From the NCBI GenBank assembly GCA_026936335.1, contig JAPMXV010000037.1, forward strand, positions 62,001 to 126,000: a stretch of DNA of 64,000 bases, in the 5' to 3' direction. Shown in pieces: positions 25,434-37,883 of the stretch. The first letter of the stretch is position 1; each line of letters starts with the position of its first letter. The DNA is from Mantamonas sphyraenae STR306 (taxonomy: Eukaryota; Protista; CRuMs). The notes under the pieces are model-generated. The model was not told where the DNA came from. It saw only the letters and a list, made by a program, of their open reading frames with translations, and searched no databases. The translations under genes and the position numbers were made by a program.

Positions 25434-28400
25434 ATGAGCAAGCGTCTTTCGATGATGGTGAAGCCCAGTGCGGGCACCGCCGCCAAGCACCGCGACAAGG
25501 TGCTTGACGAAAGCATGTCCTCCATGAAGAGGCTCAAGGCTCTGCAGAACTTTATTGGTGGGTTGTTTGCCCTCTCGAAAAGCCATCTTGCCCCGCTTGG
25601 CTGCTCACACCCGCCTGCCCGCTTTCCATCACCGCACACACAATACACGTGCAGATGTCGAGGAGAACCCCATGGAGATCCTCGAGTTCTACAAGACGGG
25701 AGACAACGATGGCCAGATTTGGCGCTTGATCCAAGATGGCTTCCAGCCCTTCCTCAACGAAGACTCGCGCGGTACGTGACTGCGCGCTGACCTCTCTTGG
25801 CCACAACGTGAGACACATGAACGCACACACACACACACACGATACTGACACACTCTGGCCGTTTCTTGCGTGTGACATGATCCACACAGGCAAGCGCGAC
25901 CCCAAGGACCTGCCGTTCCTGCTGGGACACATTCGCAACCTGGCCATGTACCGCAAGGACAAGGTCGGCAAGAAATGGCAGGCTCGTGCCATTGGTAAGT
26001 GCACACACACACACACACACACACATACATGGGTTATCTTGTGACCTACGGGGTCACTGTCGCCCTGCCTGTGCCCGCAGCGTCCACTTCCTTTTTGGCC
26101 AGCGCGTCAAAACGTCGCTGACACAACGTGCTTTTTCATTCCCGTCCTTCCCGACAGCGAGCACCATCTATGGTGCCACGTACGGCGACAACAAGGCCTT
26201 CATCCGCGTGGAGGGGTTCGACACGCTGCTCCACTACATTGACACGCTGGACAAGAACGTCACAAACACCATGTGGCGCCAGTTCAAGGTGCGTCGCCGT
26301 TCTAGGATTTTGCTCGCCACTCACCAGCCCCCTTTTTATCAGGCGGCCCTCGCTCACACACAGAGCCCTCGCCCTCGCCCCGCCCCGCCCACAGGACTGT
26401 CTGTGTCTTCCCCAGCTCGTGGAGGCCAATGGCGACCCCAGCATCAAGCTGCCCGACCTCACGGTGCCCAAACCCCAGAACGTCTTTACCCACTCGAAGG
26501 ACCCCATCACCGAGGAGGACTCCCTCGTCATGATCAAGACCTTCCTGAGTCATCTCACGCATGCCCCCGAGCTCTTCCGCTCTTGGATCGAGCATCTCAA
26601 GCACCAGTTCTGGCCTGTTTTCTATCCCGAGGTCTGCAAGCGCATCGGCACCATGGAGCAGGACGACGGTATGCCCTTTCCCCTCTCCACCGCCCGTCCT
26701 CCACCACACACATGCCTCCGCGCCCTCTCGTCCTCCTCTCCACAGCGCACATCCCGTTTCCATCCTGCACACCCTTTTCCTGGCCTTCCTCCTTCCCTTC
26801 ATTGGCCGTGCGCCCTCCTTGCAGGGCTGCTTTTTTTGCTTTTCGCCAATTCGCCCCGCTTTTCATTTTCGCGCGCCCTCTCACACCGCTTTTGCAACCG
26901 CCGCCCCTGCGTATGCCCGCCGCATCCACTGCGCACCTTGCTTCGCCTGCCACTCAGAAACGGGCTTTGTCAACGGCTGCCCCTTTGTCGTGTCCGACAT
27001 GATGGTCGACTCGATGGAGGACTGGCTTGGAAACAACAAGGTGCACGACATCCTCACCACACACCAGGACAACTTTGACTGCTGCGTCGAAATCTTCCGC
27101 CAGGGTCTGCACCTGCCTCTCTACTTCTCCATGACCATCCAAAAGTCCATCAACTACTTCAACGACTGGCTCCTCGACGGCCGCATGCCCGAGGTCATTG
27201 AGGGCGACATCCAAAAGTATGTCCGCGACTTTGTCGACTACACCTCGTACATGTTTACTCGCATGGATGAGTGCGAAAACTCGGACGAGCTCACCACCTT
27301 GGTTGCCCTCTGCCGCTCCGTCCTCATGTTCTATCGCTCCCTCGCCAAGGAGAAGTTCTTCAAGATGGACCAGGTCACGTGGAAGAAGCTCATGCTCGTC
27401 ACCGTCGACATCACAAACTCCCTCCTGGCCGACTCGTCGCCTGACACAGCCGAGCAAACCTTTGCCAAACTCATTGCCTCGGACGCCGTCGAGGTGCTCA
27501 TGGTCGTTTGGATCCGCTCCCAGATGGTCGACGAGGAGATGTGGCTCCTCCTCCACAACAAGATTGTCCTCTGGTGCCACTGGCCCATTGTGGTCGATCG
27601 CTGGAAGAGCATTCTCATCCAGGTCTCGCAGGAGGTCCAGAATTACATCGGCACCCTTGTCGAAACCACCACCGCCAAGCGCAACAAGACCAAGGACAGC
27701 CAGAGTGCAATGCGCAAGAAAGACTTTAACATTGTCGACTTTGATGGCGTGCCCAAGGTCCCTGGCCAGGTTGCCCCGTCCTACCCCATCGACATCATGG
27801 GTCTGCAATGGAACGAGGACAACGGCAACTTCATCTGGCTGCGCATCGTTTGTATGTTCTCTCCCCTTCCTCGCCCGCGCCCATTGCCCCATTGCCTACC
27901 ATGTGTCGTTCTCCGCTCACCTTGCACCCCTTCCGTCCTTCCGTCCTTCCGTCCCTGCCCCGCACACAGATCTCCTTGGAAACATCAACTCGCTCAAAAA
28001 CCCCGAGATTCACGCCGTCGCAGTGTCGGGATACGTGGATACGGCAGACTGGATGCTCACTCTGTCGTACAAGCTCAACCGAGGTGTGTTCTACGAGCCG
28101 CCGGCCATCCTCAACCTGTTTGGTCCCACGTTTGTCGAGATTGCGGACAGGCAGGACGTGGACTTTGACAAGAGCCGCGCCTTGGCTCTGCAGGGCCTGA
28201 GTGGCCTCATCCACCGTGTGCCGCGCGACCATGTGACCACAGAGTACCTTTCCCACTTCTACCGCACGGTCTTCAACGCCATCCTGTCGCGTGATTTCTC
28301 CTTCATCACCGAGGTCATCAACAACAACACAGACCTGTTTGTCAACGACCTGCCCGGCGCCACTGTGCTCATTCCGTCTTTCATCAACATCATTGACCAG

Positions 28401-30929
28401 CTCATCGATCCCAGCATCAACATCTACAAGCCGGGGGCCGAGCTGCGTCGCTCCTGCATCCACATCCTCAACTCCATCCTTTGCCTGCCCGAGCGCTACC
28501 CAGGCTGTTCACTGCCCGATCTCAACACCCTCAAGAGCTCGGGTGAGACCAAGAGCGTTATTTCGTACGACGAGCTGTACAAGAAGGCCATTGGCACGCT
28601 TAACAAGAGCCTTGACGCAGAGGACAACACCATCAACAAGCAGATGGTGCTGTGGTCCTTCTCCCAGGTGCTCAATCTGGAGTTTGCTCGCCCCGCTGAG
28701 CACCAGAACACAGGCATTGCCAAGGCAACGCTTGCTCGCATCCTGCTCGAGTTGAACAACAAGGAAGTGGTTGTGGCCAACACAGCCATGGATGGCATCA
28801 ACTCGCTGCTGGCAATTGCCGACCTCGTGCCTGAAGACGTGTCCATCACAGTCATCAGCGCCTACGCCAACCAGATCCTGCAGCAGTTTGAGTCAAAGGG
28901 CAACCCGGCCGTCACTGCCTACCTGTACTACTCCATGCTCGAGTGGATTGTCAGCGTGGATTTCAAGCTCATCGAAGGCTCCATGCTGTCCAAGCCCATC
29001 TTTGACTGCATCCAGCGTGGCTTGGCGGACACCACCACGGTGAGTGCAAGCGCACTCGCCCTCAGCGGCGGCGTGACCTCCAACAAGAGCGGCGGATTCC
29101 TCAACTTTGCCAAGGTCAAGCAGGAGGACGAGAGCTCGAGCAGCAAGCACGTGGACGTGTCGCCGATTGCCGACGCCGCCGAAGCGATGCTTGCACACAT
29201 GGTCAACGCGCTGAACCATTTCCCGACGCAGTTTGGCAGCACGCGCATCGGCGCAGACATTTCGGAGGAGGACGACCGCACAGAGTTGGTGTCCAATGGC
29301 CTGGGCGAGGCGCAGAGTGCAGTCAAGGTGTTTGTGAACAACAACAACCAGCTGCTGTCGTTTGTGGAAATCCCTACCGAGGAGGGAGTGCGCGCACGCA
29401 TCATTTCGCGCGACATGACCGGCAAGTACGTGTGGGATGGCATTGTGTCATGGGACAAGTTTGAGGCGGAGGACCTTGACGAGACGGTGGACGACTATGC
29501 CGCACGTGTGGAAGCAGGCAAGGAGCACTACCGTAAGGCTGAGCTGCTGCGACCGGAACTTATGCTTTCGGGCGAAGAGAACAAGCAGAAGCTGCTCGAC
29601 CTGGCAGCCGAGATTGAGGAGATGGCACGGCAGCTGGAGGGCGAGGAGGAAGAGGAGGAGGACGAGGCAGAGGCTGGTGAGGGCACAGGCAGCGGCGACG
29701 AAGAGGGAGGCAACGACAGCGACGACGGCGCAGATGACGACGGCGAACCGGTGTTCATTTGTGAACCGGTGGAGGAGGTTGCACAGGAGCCGAGCGTCAC
29801 GCTGGACGAGTTCCAGCGAGAGCCTGGCCAGCCGCCCGAGTACGACGAGGAACTGGTGGGTCTGGACGGTGCGTCCATGCTCCACCAACTGCTGGAGTAC
29901 ATCAGCGAACGCTACCCGGACACGCTGCCGTACGAAAACTGGCCCAGCAACGTGCTGCCCGAGTTTTGTGCAGCCGAATCGGTGGAGATCGACCACCTGG
30001 AGTCGATCTTCCAGCAGCAGGCCAGCTTTGAGGGCTCGCACCTGCAACAGTACATCCGTGAGGCGAAACTGACTGTGTTGAAGGAGCCGTACCATGCACA
30101 CGAGAGCTACGCGGCGTTCCAACACTCGCGCATGCTGCTGGCCCAGTTTGGCTTCCTCAACATCAAGAATTTCAACACATTCCGTGCGCTGGAACTGGAC
30201 GACAAGATGTTCCGTGCGCTCAAGGAGCTGGACAAGACGCCCGTGCGTGAGACGTTCAAGGTGGGCGTGTTGTATGTGGGCGAGGGTCAACGCGACCAGT
30301 ACGACTTTTTGACCAACGAGAGTGGCAGCGAGCAGTATGAAGAGTTTCTGCACGGTCTGGGCTGGGACGTGGATCTGGCCACACACGACGGATACATGGG
30401 CGGCCTTGATCGCAACCTGACGACGGGTGTGACCGCTCCGTACTACGCCAACTCGCTGATGGAAGTGATGTTCCATGTGCCATCGCGCATGCCGAACAAC
30501 CCCATGGACGACCAACAGTCGCACAAGCGCAGGCACCTGGTCAACGACGTTGTGCACATTGTCTGGTGCGAGGGAGGCGTTGGGTACACGTACGACCCCA
30601 CCTTTGTGCCCTCACCCTTCACTCTGGTGCACATTGTCATCTATCCGCTGTCCAACGACATGTTCCGCATCGGCGTGTACTTCAAGAGCGACAAGCCCCT
30701 GTTTGGCCCGCTCATCAATGGCGCAACTGTGCCGCGATTCCTCTTGGCGCCCCTCGTGCGCGCCACCGCTCTCAATGCCGCCAAGTATGTGCGTCTGTCC
30801 ACCGAGGGCCACCGTCGTGCCTATCCAGCCAGGCGCGAGGTTCTCCAGGAGATCATTGGTCGCTTCACCTCTACCCAGAGCTACTCGGACTTTTTGGCCT
30901 CGCTTTTCGATGGAAGCACCGCACAGTGA
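25434..30929 (+). CDS. RALGAPA: Ral GTPase-activating protein alpha subunit-like (C-terminal Rap/Ran-GAP domain), 7 exons
   Basis: KHRDKVLD..RLKAL, RVEGFDTLL, RDMTGKYVW, RETFKVGVLYV, EVMFHV and KRRHLVNDVVHIVW. Six introns modelled in frame. Confidence 0.85.
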
Positions 30930-31045
30930 GCGGCGCAGTGAGTTTTTGCGCATGGACAATGCAATGCCAATTTTGTGATCGAAGTTGCTGGGGTGTCCAT
31001 TCACCCTGTGTGTCGAGAGTTCATTCAATTGTTCATTCCGTGAGG

Positions 31046-32342
31046 TCAGGAAGCAGACTCTGTTTCCATCTCGTCCTCCTTCTTGTTGGCGGTGTCGTCG
31101 TTGTCGTCTGCAGAGGAGCGTGTGTCGTCGTGGCTGGCGTCGCCCTGTTGGCCGTCTGCTTCCTTCTGGTCCAACTCGATGGAGTCCAGGTCGGCGTGGA
31201 CGGAGGAAACCAGGTCGAGCTGCGCCTGCATATTCTGCACAACCGTCAACAGGGCCTTGCTGGTGGGCGAGTCTGGAAACAGATCGAGCATGTTCTTGCC
31301 CTCATCGAGCGACTGGCCAAGCTGCGGATCCAGAGGGACGTCTCCGAGAAAGGCAAGGTTGGCCTGCTTGGCAAGATTCTCGCCGCCTTCCCTGCCAAAC
31401 ACATACGTGATATCACCGCAGCAGGGGCACACAAAGCCACGCATGTTTTCCACCAGACCCAGGATGGGCATGTCGATGGTCTGGCAGAACGAGATCTCCT
31501 TCATGACGTCAATGAGAGCCACCGTCTGCGGCGTGGTCACCATAACCACCCCATCGGGTTCGTAGGCACCCAGGGCCTCGCAGACAGTGATGTGTTCGTC
31601 CGATGTGCCAGGCGGGGTGTCCACGAGCAGAAAGTCCAGCTCGCCCCAATACACGTCCCGCAGGAACTGACGCACCATGCCCGTCTTCTTCGGTCCTCGC
31701 CACACCACCGCATCGTCCTCACCGACCAGGAAGCCCAGGCTGACCACACGCAGCCTCTTTTCTGCGTCTGCGTACACAGGCACCCATCCCTCTGTGCTTT
31801 GGAACAGCTTCTTGCCTGCCACCCCGAGCATCCGCGGAATCGACGGCCCGCACACATCCACGTCCAGCACCCCGACCTGTATGTGTGACCGAATTCGGAT
31901 CGGTGATGGAGGGTCCATGTGAACCATGTGGTGTGAGTGACTTGGTGGTGGAGATGGTCTCCATGACGTGGACAGGGTGGGCGTACCGTGTGGCCTTGTT
32001 CGACCAAAGCAAGGGCGAGTTGTGTCGTCAGAGTCGACTTGCCCACTCCGCCTTTGCCAGACATCACAAGCACTTTGTGCTTGATTAGCGCCATTCGAGC
32101 TGCCAATCGGTCTGCGCAGTTTTGATCCCCGTTTGTAAGTGTGTGTTTGCGCTTCTGTGCACGGCCTTGCCGCACCGACGCCTCGCCAGAGACGGAATCT
32201 CGAGCGATCCAAGACTCCGTCCACCCAATCCGCAGAAGCACTGCTGTTTTCACTGCAGGCCTGTGCGTGTGCAAATGAATGCCACACGTCGGGAAATGTT
32301 TTATGCAAAATACGTTTGTGTACCCCCACCTTCTGTGCTCAT
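31046..32342 (-). CDS. NUBP2: Cytosolic Fe-S assembly P-loop NTPase Cfd1/NUBP2
   Basis: [36 protein letters not shown] and [11 protein letters not shown]. No N-terminal Nbp35 Cys motif found. The first mini-exon MSTE is inferred. Confidence 0.85.
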
Positions 32343-32421
32343 TTTGGACCGGTCGTTCAGCTGGCCAGTCATGCGCTGCGTTGCGCTGCACATCATTCAA
32401 CATCCATCTCCTGCCCCTGCT

Positions 32422-35400
32422 TTACCTCTTGTAGGGTTGTTGCTCCAGGTGGGCATCCTTCCACACCTTGCGAGCCCTGTTCTTGAGGTTGTCTGGGAGC
32501 GGCTTGCCCTCCTTGCGCACGAGCTGGCGGTAGCGCTTCAGGGACAGGTTCTGGAGACGCATGCACAGACGGCAGTGGGAATGGTCGATGCTCCAGTCCA
32601 TGATGGCCATAAACTTGGTGGAGGGACCCTTGAACTTCCACTTGAGGTACTCGTTGTACTTCTCGTCGTCGGCATCAAGCTCCTTCAGGTAGTCCGCCAG
32701 GGCCTTGGGGGAGTCAAAGTCGCTGGCTTTGATGACAGAACGAGGACTTGGGGAAAAGTCGTCGATGTTCGGGGCGCCCATGTACACGGGCACACATCCT
32801 GCGCTGAGGGCTTGGAAGAACTTTTCCGTCACGTAATCGACGGTGTTTGTGTTTTCAAAGGCCAGGCAGAACTTGTAACGCTGCTGCACCTCAATCTTTG
32901 TGCCAAAGCCGCCGTCCTGGGGCAGGTCCCTGTTGTGCAGGCAGCGGCCGAAGGAGTCGATTTTGATGTGGTTCATGAGCTCCTGTGTGAACGCGCCGCG
33001 TCGATTCTTGGCGTTGCAATTGGAAACAAAGTACACGGCAAGGGCGTCCTCTGTCTTTGGTTTGGGCGGTGCCATGAGGTCGTACTCCACCCAGGAGTAG
33101 TAAGCCGCCGGTGTGTCTGAGGTCAGCCTGTAGTCCATGCTCAGGTCAAATGTCTCTGCACTGCTTGGTGTGCTCATGACCACGTAGTTTCCCTCCCCTT
33201 CCATGCTAAACAGCACATACTTTTGTTCCGGAAAGGCCCGCTTGGGCACGTCGCCCGAGACGCCGCGCAGCACGTGCCAAAACAGCGCGGTGGCCTTGCT
33301 TTGGTATTTGTGGTCTGATGTGTAACCACACTTGATGTGACAGTTGGGCACCTGTTTCAGCTGTGCGCTGTACCCACTGGCATCGTTCCATGCCAGCACA
33401 ATGGTTTCCGGGACCTGGTCCAGCGATTCGTACTTCAGGTCCTGACGAGGGTGGCTCTGGCTCCACTTGGTCGTGTACACATTCTCACCCCTGGCCACAC
33501 GCAGATCCCTCCAAAACTGAGAGTCCTGAAGGGCCATGTAGCCCACCGTGTTGATGTCCTTCATGGCCGACTGGACATCGTACACAGGCAGCGGGTCCAG
33601 TTCCAGCTTGAGCGGGTTGTTCCTGGTGGGGATCGATACCTGACTGCTGCTGCCACCTGAGCTTGAAGCAGGGGCATGGCTTTTCTGTTGTTGTTGTTGT
33701 TGTTGCTGTTGCTGTTGTGGTTGTTCTGCCCGTGCCACCGGAGTGGGCGCAGCGGGTGATGCCTGGTTGCTTGTGGGTTGGGAAGAAGCAGCAGTAGATG
33801 TGTCCGTTGCGGCGGCGTCTCCTTCAGGCATAAAGACACTGTCCAGGGCGGTGGGATCACCCTTGTACTTAAACGGGGGATTGCGAAGGAGCATGGCAGT
33901 GGTAGCCTCCTTGGGGTGTTCGGGCACATCGAGACCCAGCTTCATGGCACCCACCTTTGCACACAGACGGCAGTGCGAGTGGATGGTGGCCTGGTCGACG
34001 AGCTGCTTGAATCGGTCGCTGAGCCCGTCCGTTTTCCACTGCAGGTACTTGTTGTACTCGGCAGGGTTCTTGTCCAGGAAGAGGAGGTGCTCTGCAAGTT
34101 CCTGCGTGTTTGCAAAGTCGCTCACCTTGATGACCGAGTGGGGCGAGGGGGCGTAGTCGTCGATGTTGGGCGCCCCAATGTACACGGGCACAGAGCCCGA
34201 CACAAGGGCCTGGAAGAACTTTTCGGTGACATAATCGTTGGCCACCGAGTTTTCAAACACCAGAGTGAACTTGTAGGTGCGACACAGGTCGACCTTTGAG
34301 TTTGTGCCTCGGTCGCCGTCGGGAAACTCGCGGTTGTGTTCGCAGCGACCATAGCTGTGCACAGTGACGCCGTACCGTTGCAGGTCCCGCATGACCTGCT
34401 GTCGCCCACTGAGGGCATTGCAGTTGGACACAAACACAGCTGCCAGTGCGTCCGCCGTCTTTTCCTTCACGGGATCCATAAAGTTGTACTCCGCCCACGA
34501 CCAGTAGCCTGCCGGCACATCCGAATCCAACCGGTAATCCATTGTCATATCCATGTTGCGCATCGTTTGGGCGGCTGTATCACATGCGGGGTGCAAAGTC
34601 GGGTGCAGGAGATGGTGAGTTTGTCAGCCAGAAGGGTGCCCCAATGTCAAGTGCAAAGGGCAAGGGCAAGGGCAAGGGTGGGAGGGTGGCACACACGTAC
34701 AGGCCATCAATGTGTAGTACTTTTCGCTCTCCTGGCCAAAGATGACGTGTTTCTGGCCGTTGTGCTGCCCCAGGGGAGGTGCCTCCACGGAGCCCATGCG
34801 CAGGTGGTAGAAGACGGCGTCAGCCGACTGCTTGTACTTGGGATCGTTGGTGTAGTAGCACCGCTTGATTTTGCAGTTGGGCACGGGATCCTGCGGTCGC
34901 CAGCCAGTGAGGGTTGGGGTTGGTGGGTGTGTGAGGTGAGCGGACAGAGGGAAGCGGGGCGGGGGTGGGAGGGGGGCCGGCCGTCACGGCTCAGGGGAAG
35001 CCACGTACCAAAGCCCCTTTGTAGTAGACGCGGTCATTGGCCACATAGACAGTGACGGTTTGTTCAAACAGATTGGAAGGGTAGTCTGCGTAGTCAAAGT
35101 GTTCGATCCAGCGCTTGCCGACGCGAAAGTAGCGCGGGGTGATCTTGTTTTCGCGCTGCGGCACCAGTTTGGCCGTGTCGAGCCATTCCAGGGTCTGCAG
35201 TCGTTCTGCAGGCACTTGTGTCTGCTTATCCTCAGGCGACTTGCCGCGATACTGGCCAGGATACAAGTCCACTTGTTTGGGGGCCGCAGGTGTGGGGGCT
35301 GGGGTCACCCCGGCGCTTGCCTTGGGGGCCGTGGTGGCAGGTGTGGGCACGGACACATCGTCGTTGAGACCCTCGTAGGTTTCGCGAGGAGGGAGACCCC

Positions 35401-35596
35401 ATTGTGGGTCTGTCTGTTGGCGAGCTCGGACGACAAAGGGCGGCAGCTCGTGGTCTGCACCCGGGTGGGCATCCTGCCGCCTGGCGTCCATGTCCTCAAC
35501 CTCCTCGCGAATGTCTGCCAAGAATTTGCCCCACATGGTCAGGTACACCATCATGGCCAGCACAGCCACGCAGAGAATCACGTGTTTGCGCTGCAT
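32422..35596 (-). CDS. Alpha-1,3-fucosyltransferase (GT10) with two tandem catalytic domains, 3 exons
   Basis: N-terminal type II TM anchor. FVSNC and YKF.L.FEN...DYVTEKFFQAL..G.VPVY.GAPNI each occur twice, separated by a Q/S/P linker. Confidence 0.92.
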
Positions 35597-35642
35597 GGTG
35601 GTGTTGGAGAAGGGTTGGGTCAGCTGGGGGGAGGGTGGGACA

Positions 35643-35742
35643 GAGTGAGTGAGTGAGTGAGTGAGTGAGTGAGTGAGTGAGTGAGTGAGTGAGTGAGTGA
35701 GTGAGTGAGTGAGTGAGTGAGTGAGTGAGTGAGTGAGTGAGT
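35643..35742. repeat. (GAGT)25 perfect tetranucleotide microsatellite
   Basis: 100 nt of uninterrupted GAGT between the membrane-protein stop and the FucT start. Confidence 0.97.
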
Positions 35743-35773
35743 TTGGCTGGGATTGGTGTTCGAATGAATCCGT

Positions 35774-37597
35774 TCATTCGTTTCTCTGCCCATGCTGGAA
35801 GGGTGCAGGTCGGCCAGCAAGCTGGGCAGCCTGCATCTGATCACCGATGGCAGCCATCTGCTTGAGACCACAGCTAGGTGCAGACACCAAAAAGATGAAT
35901 CCCAAGGCCAGAAGCCCAAGGAACAGTCCGTAACCAAGGAGAACCGCCAGTTGGGCGGCAGCAAGCTCCCCCAGGATCGGGTTGTTGACGAACCGCGGTC
36001 GGATGGCGTCGATGCTGTCCGAATGTTTCAGGAACAGCACAGGGTCCATGGCTCCACGCACTTCCACCATCGTGGATGTCTGACCGGCCTTGAAATCAAT
36101 CCACCTGTCCGGAATCACCTCGGTCGCATTCGCTTTGAACGATGCATCCGTGCATCCGTAGGTGCCGTACGTGCTGTTCACACTGTACGTCTCTCCCAGC
36201 TGCTTCTCACTCCCAATCATCACACACAGGGACTCAGCGATCTGCTGCTTCCCGTCCAACGTACGGAACGGCTTGGCTTTGAAAGTCATAGTTTGTGCTG
36301 TGTCTGGTGTGGCTCCCGGCCTCACAACCACGGTATAATCCATGATCTTGTCGTTGCCAAAGTCGGACAGTGTGTGGTTGACCTCGGCACTCCAGAGTGA
36401 GCCAAACACCTCGTAGAAGGCAAACGTGAAGCGGATGCGACTCAAGAAGTCCGAGTCACCCATCGCACGGTCGACGAGGGTTGCATTGAACCCATTGACC
36501 TGCACACCAGCAAGCGAATCGATGTCATTGAAGCCCGAGAGGCCCCACTTCCATGTCTCAGCCATGCCAAACTCGTTCGAATCGACGACTTGGCTAACAC
36601 CAACATCAGTCGGAGTGACTGCAATGGCGACGATGAGACACAGGAAGCCAGCAACGATGCTGAAATAGCCACAGCATGCGGGCGGATGTGGCTGATGTTT
36701 GGCCATGCGCACAGACACGGCCTTGGGCAGGTACAGGGCTGCAAAGAGCAGAAAGAGGCCGATTGCACCGAGCAGGTTTGTGACAAAGCTGCCTGGGGGG
36801 TTGGTGTTGTATCCCGGGTGTGTGGTCAGCGGGTTCCGGGTGCTTGTGTCGATGGGACCAGTCTGGGAGGCCAACCACACGGTGGGGTCCTTTGCAGAGC
36901 GCCCATCGAGACGCAGAGTATAGTTTGTGCCAGCGGTGACTTCAGTCCACTCGTACACCAGGTCAGCGTTGGTGGCCCCTTGGACGTTGGGTGGGAAGCA
37001 GCGGCTAGTCGAGGTTCCGGAGCAAGCGCCACACAGCTTTGTGGCCACATACTGCTTTCCGTTGATGGTTTGCCATGGGTTTATAGTGTACAGCGGGTTG
37101 ATGAGACCGCAAAGACGTGCGTTGACGAGGACAGACGCGTTGAAAGTTGTTCCCAAGTTTTTGTGTTGGCGGACAACACGGTTCGTTTTGAAGAGCTTGT
37201 CCATGATGGGGGTGGCACCCTTGCTTCTCCACATCGCCTGATCCTCAATGGCACTAGAGGCGATGCAAGGGACGTTCGGGGAAGCGCACTGAGCTGCAGT
37301 GGCACCTTCAGCAACCGGAAGGCCGTCAAATGGTTTCCCGGACCACATCCAATCCACGGTGTGGTTCTGGAAGCCTGGCAAGAACTGGTTTGCAGGACGC
37401 GTCAGCTGGCCCAGGGACACCGTCGGCACAACCACAGCGAGTGGCGGGCCCAGGAACAGCAGGCAGGCCAAGGCGAAGCCCACAATGATCAGCACAACCT
37501 GGGCCACGGTCACCCTTTTCTTTTCCTCTTTGCTTCGTCCAAGCGATTGGAAGAAGCCTTTGGATCCGACGGTGAAAGTATAGTCCTGCTGTTGCAT
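35774..37597 (-). CDS. Orphan 4-TM glycoprotein, paralogue A
   Basis: Long intronless ORF with four hydrophobic segments, two Cys-containing loops and many N-x-S/T sequons. Start MQQQDY is shared with paralogue B. Confidence 0.8.
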   Translation of the reverse strand: MQQQDYTFTVGSKGFFQSLGRSKEEKKRVTVAQVVLIIVGFALACLLFLGPPLAVVVPTVSLGQLTRPANQFLPGFQNHTVDWMWSGKPFDGLPVAEGATAAQCASPNVPCIASSAIEDQAMWRSKGATPIMDKLFKTNRVVRQHKNLGTTFNASVLVNARLCGLINPLYTINPWQTINGKQYVATKLCGACSGTSTSRCFPPNVQGATNADLVYEWTEVTAGTNYTLRLDGRSAKDPTVWLASQTGPIDTSTRNPLTTHPGYNTNPPGSFVTNLLGAIGLFLLFAALYLPKAVSVRMAKHQPHPPACCGYFSIVAGFLCLIVAIAVTPTDVGVSQVVDSNEFGMAETWKWGLSGFNDIDSLAGVQVNGFNATLVDRAMGDSDFLSRIRFTFAFYEVFGSLWSAEVNHTLSDFGNDKIMDYTVVVRPGATPDTAQTMTFKAKPFRTLDGKQQIAESLCVMIGSEKQLGETYSVNSTYGTYGCTDASFKANATEVIPDRWIDFKAGQTSTMVEVRGAMDPVLFLKHSDSIDAIRPRFVNNPILGELAAAQLAVLLGYGLFLGLLALGFIFLVSAPSCGLKQMAAIGDQMQAAQLAGRPAPFQHGQRNE

Positions 37598-37883
37598 GCT
37601 TTCGTGTGAAACGACACAGTGAAGATTATGCTGTGAAGATTTTGTGTGCTGGGGTTTCCGCGGCCTCACTCGTCCAATATGTGCACCTTTGCTTGCTCTC
37701 GGGGCATGTCTTTGGGTGTTTCACTTTCAGCAGAGGCATCGTCATTGCGTTGATGGCAGAAATTGCACAGAAATCAGAGAGAGAAGACCATTTCGGCTTC
37801 ATTTCCAGGGAATGCAGGAGGCAACAGTGTATTCAACAGTACAAAGACATCACTTTGCTCCTACCCAACTAGCAACATGAGAT

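Noticed and set aside
24730-26030. (CA)n/(TG)n runs in PRPS and RalGAP introns
   Set aside because: Ordinary short microsatellites, common across the window.
32112-32330. Possible extra exon giving an Nbp35-type N-terminal Cys motif
   Set aside because: The candidate exon introduces a stop in the needed phase and lacks the four-Cys pattern, so the gene was called Cfd1/NUBP2.
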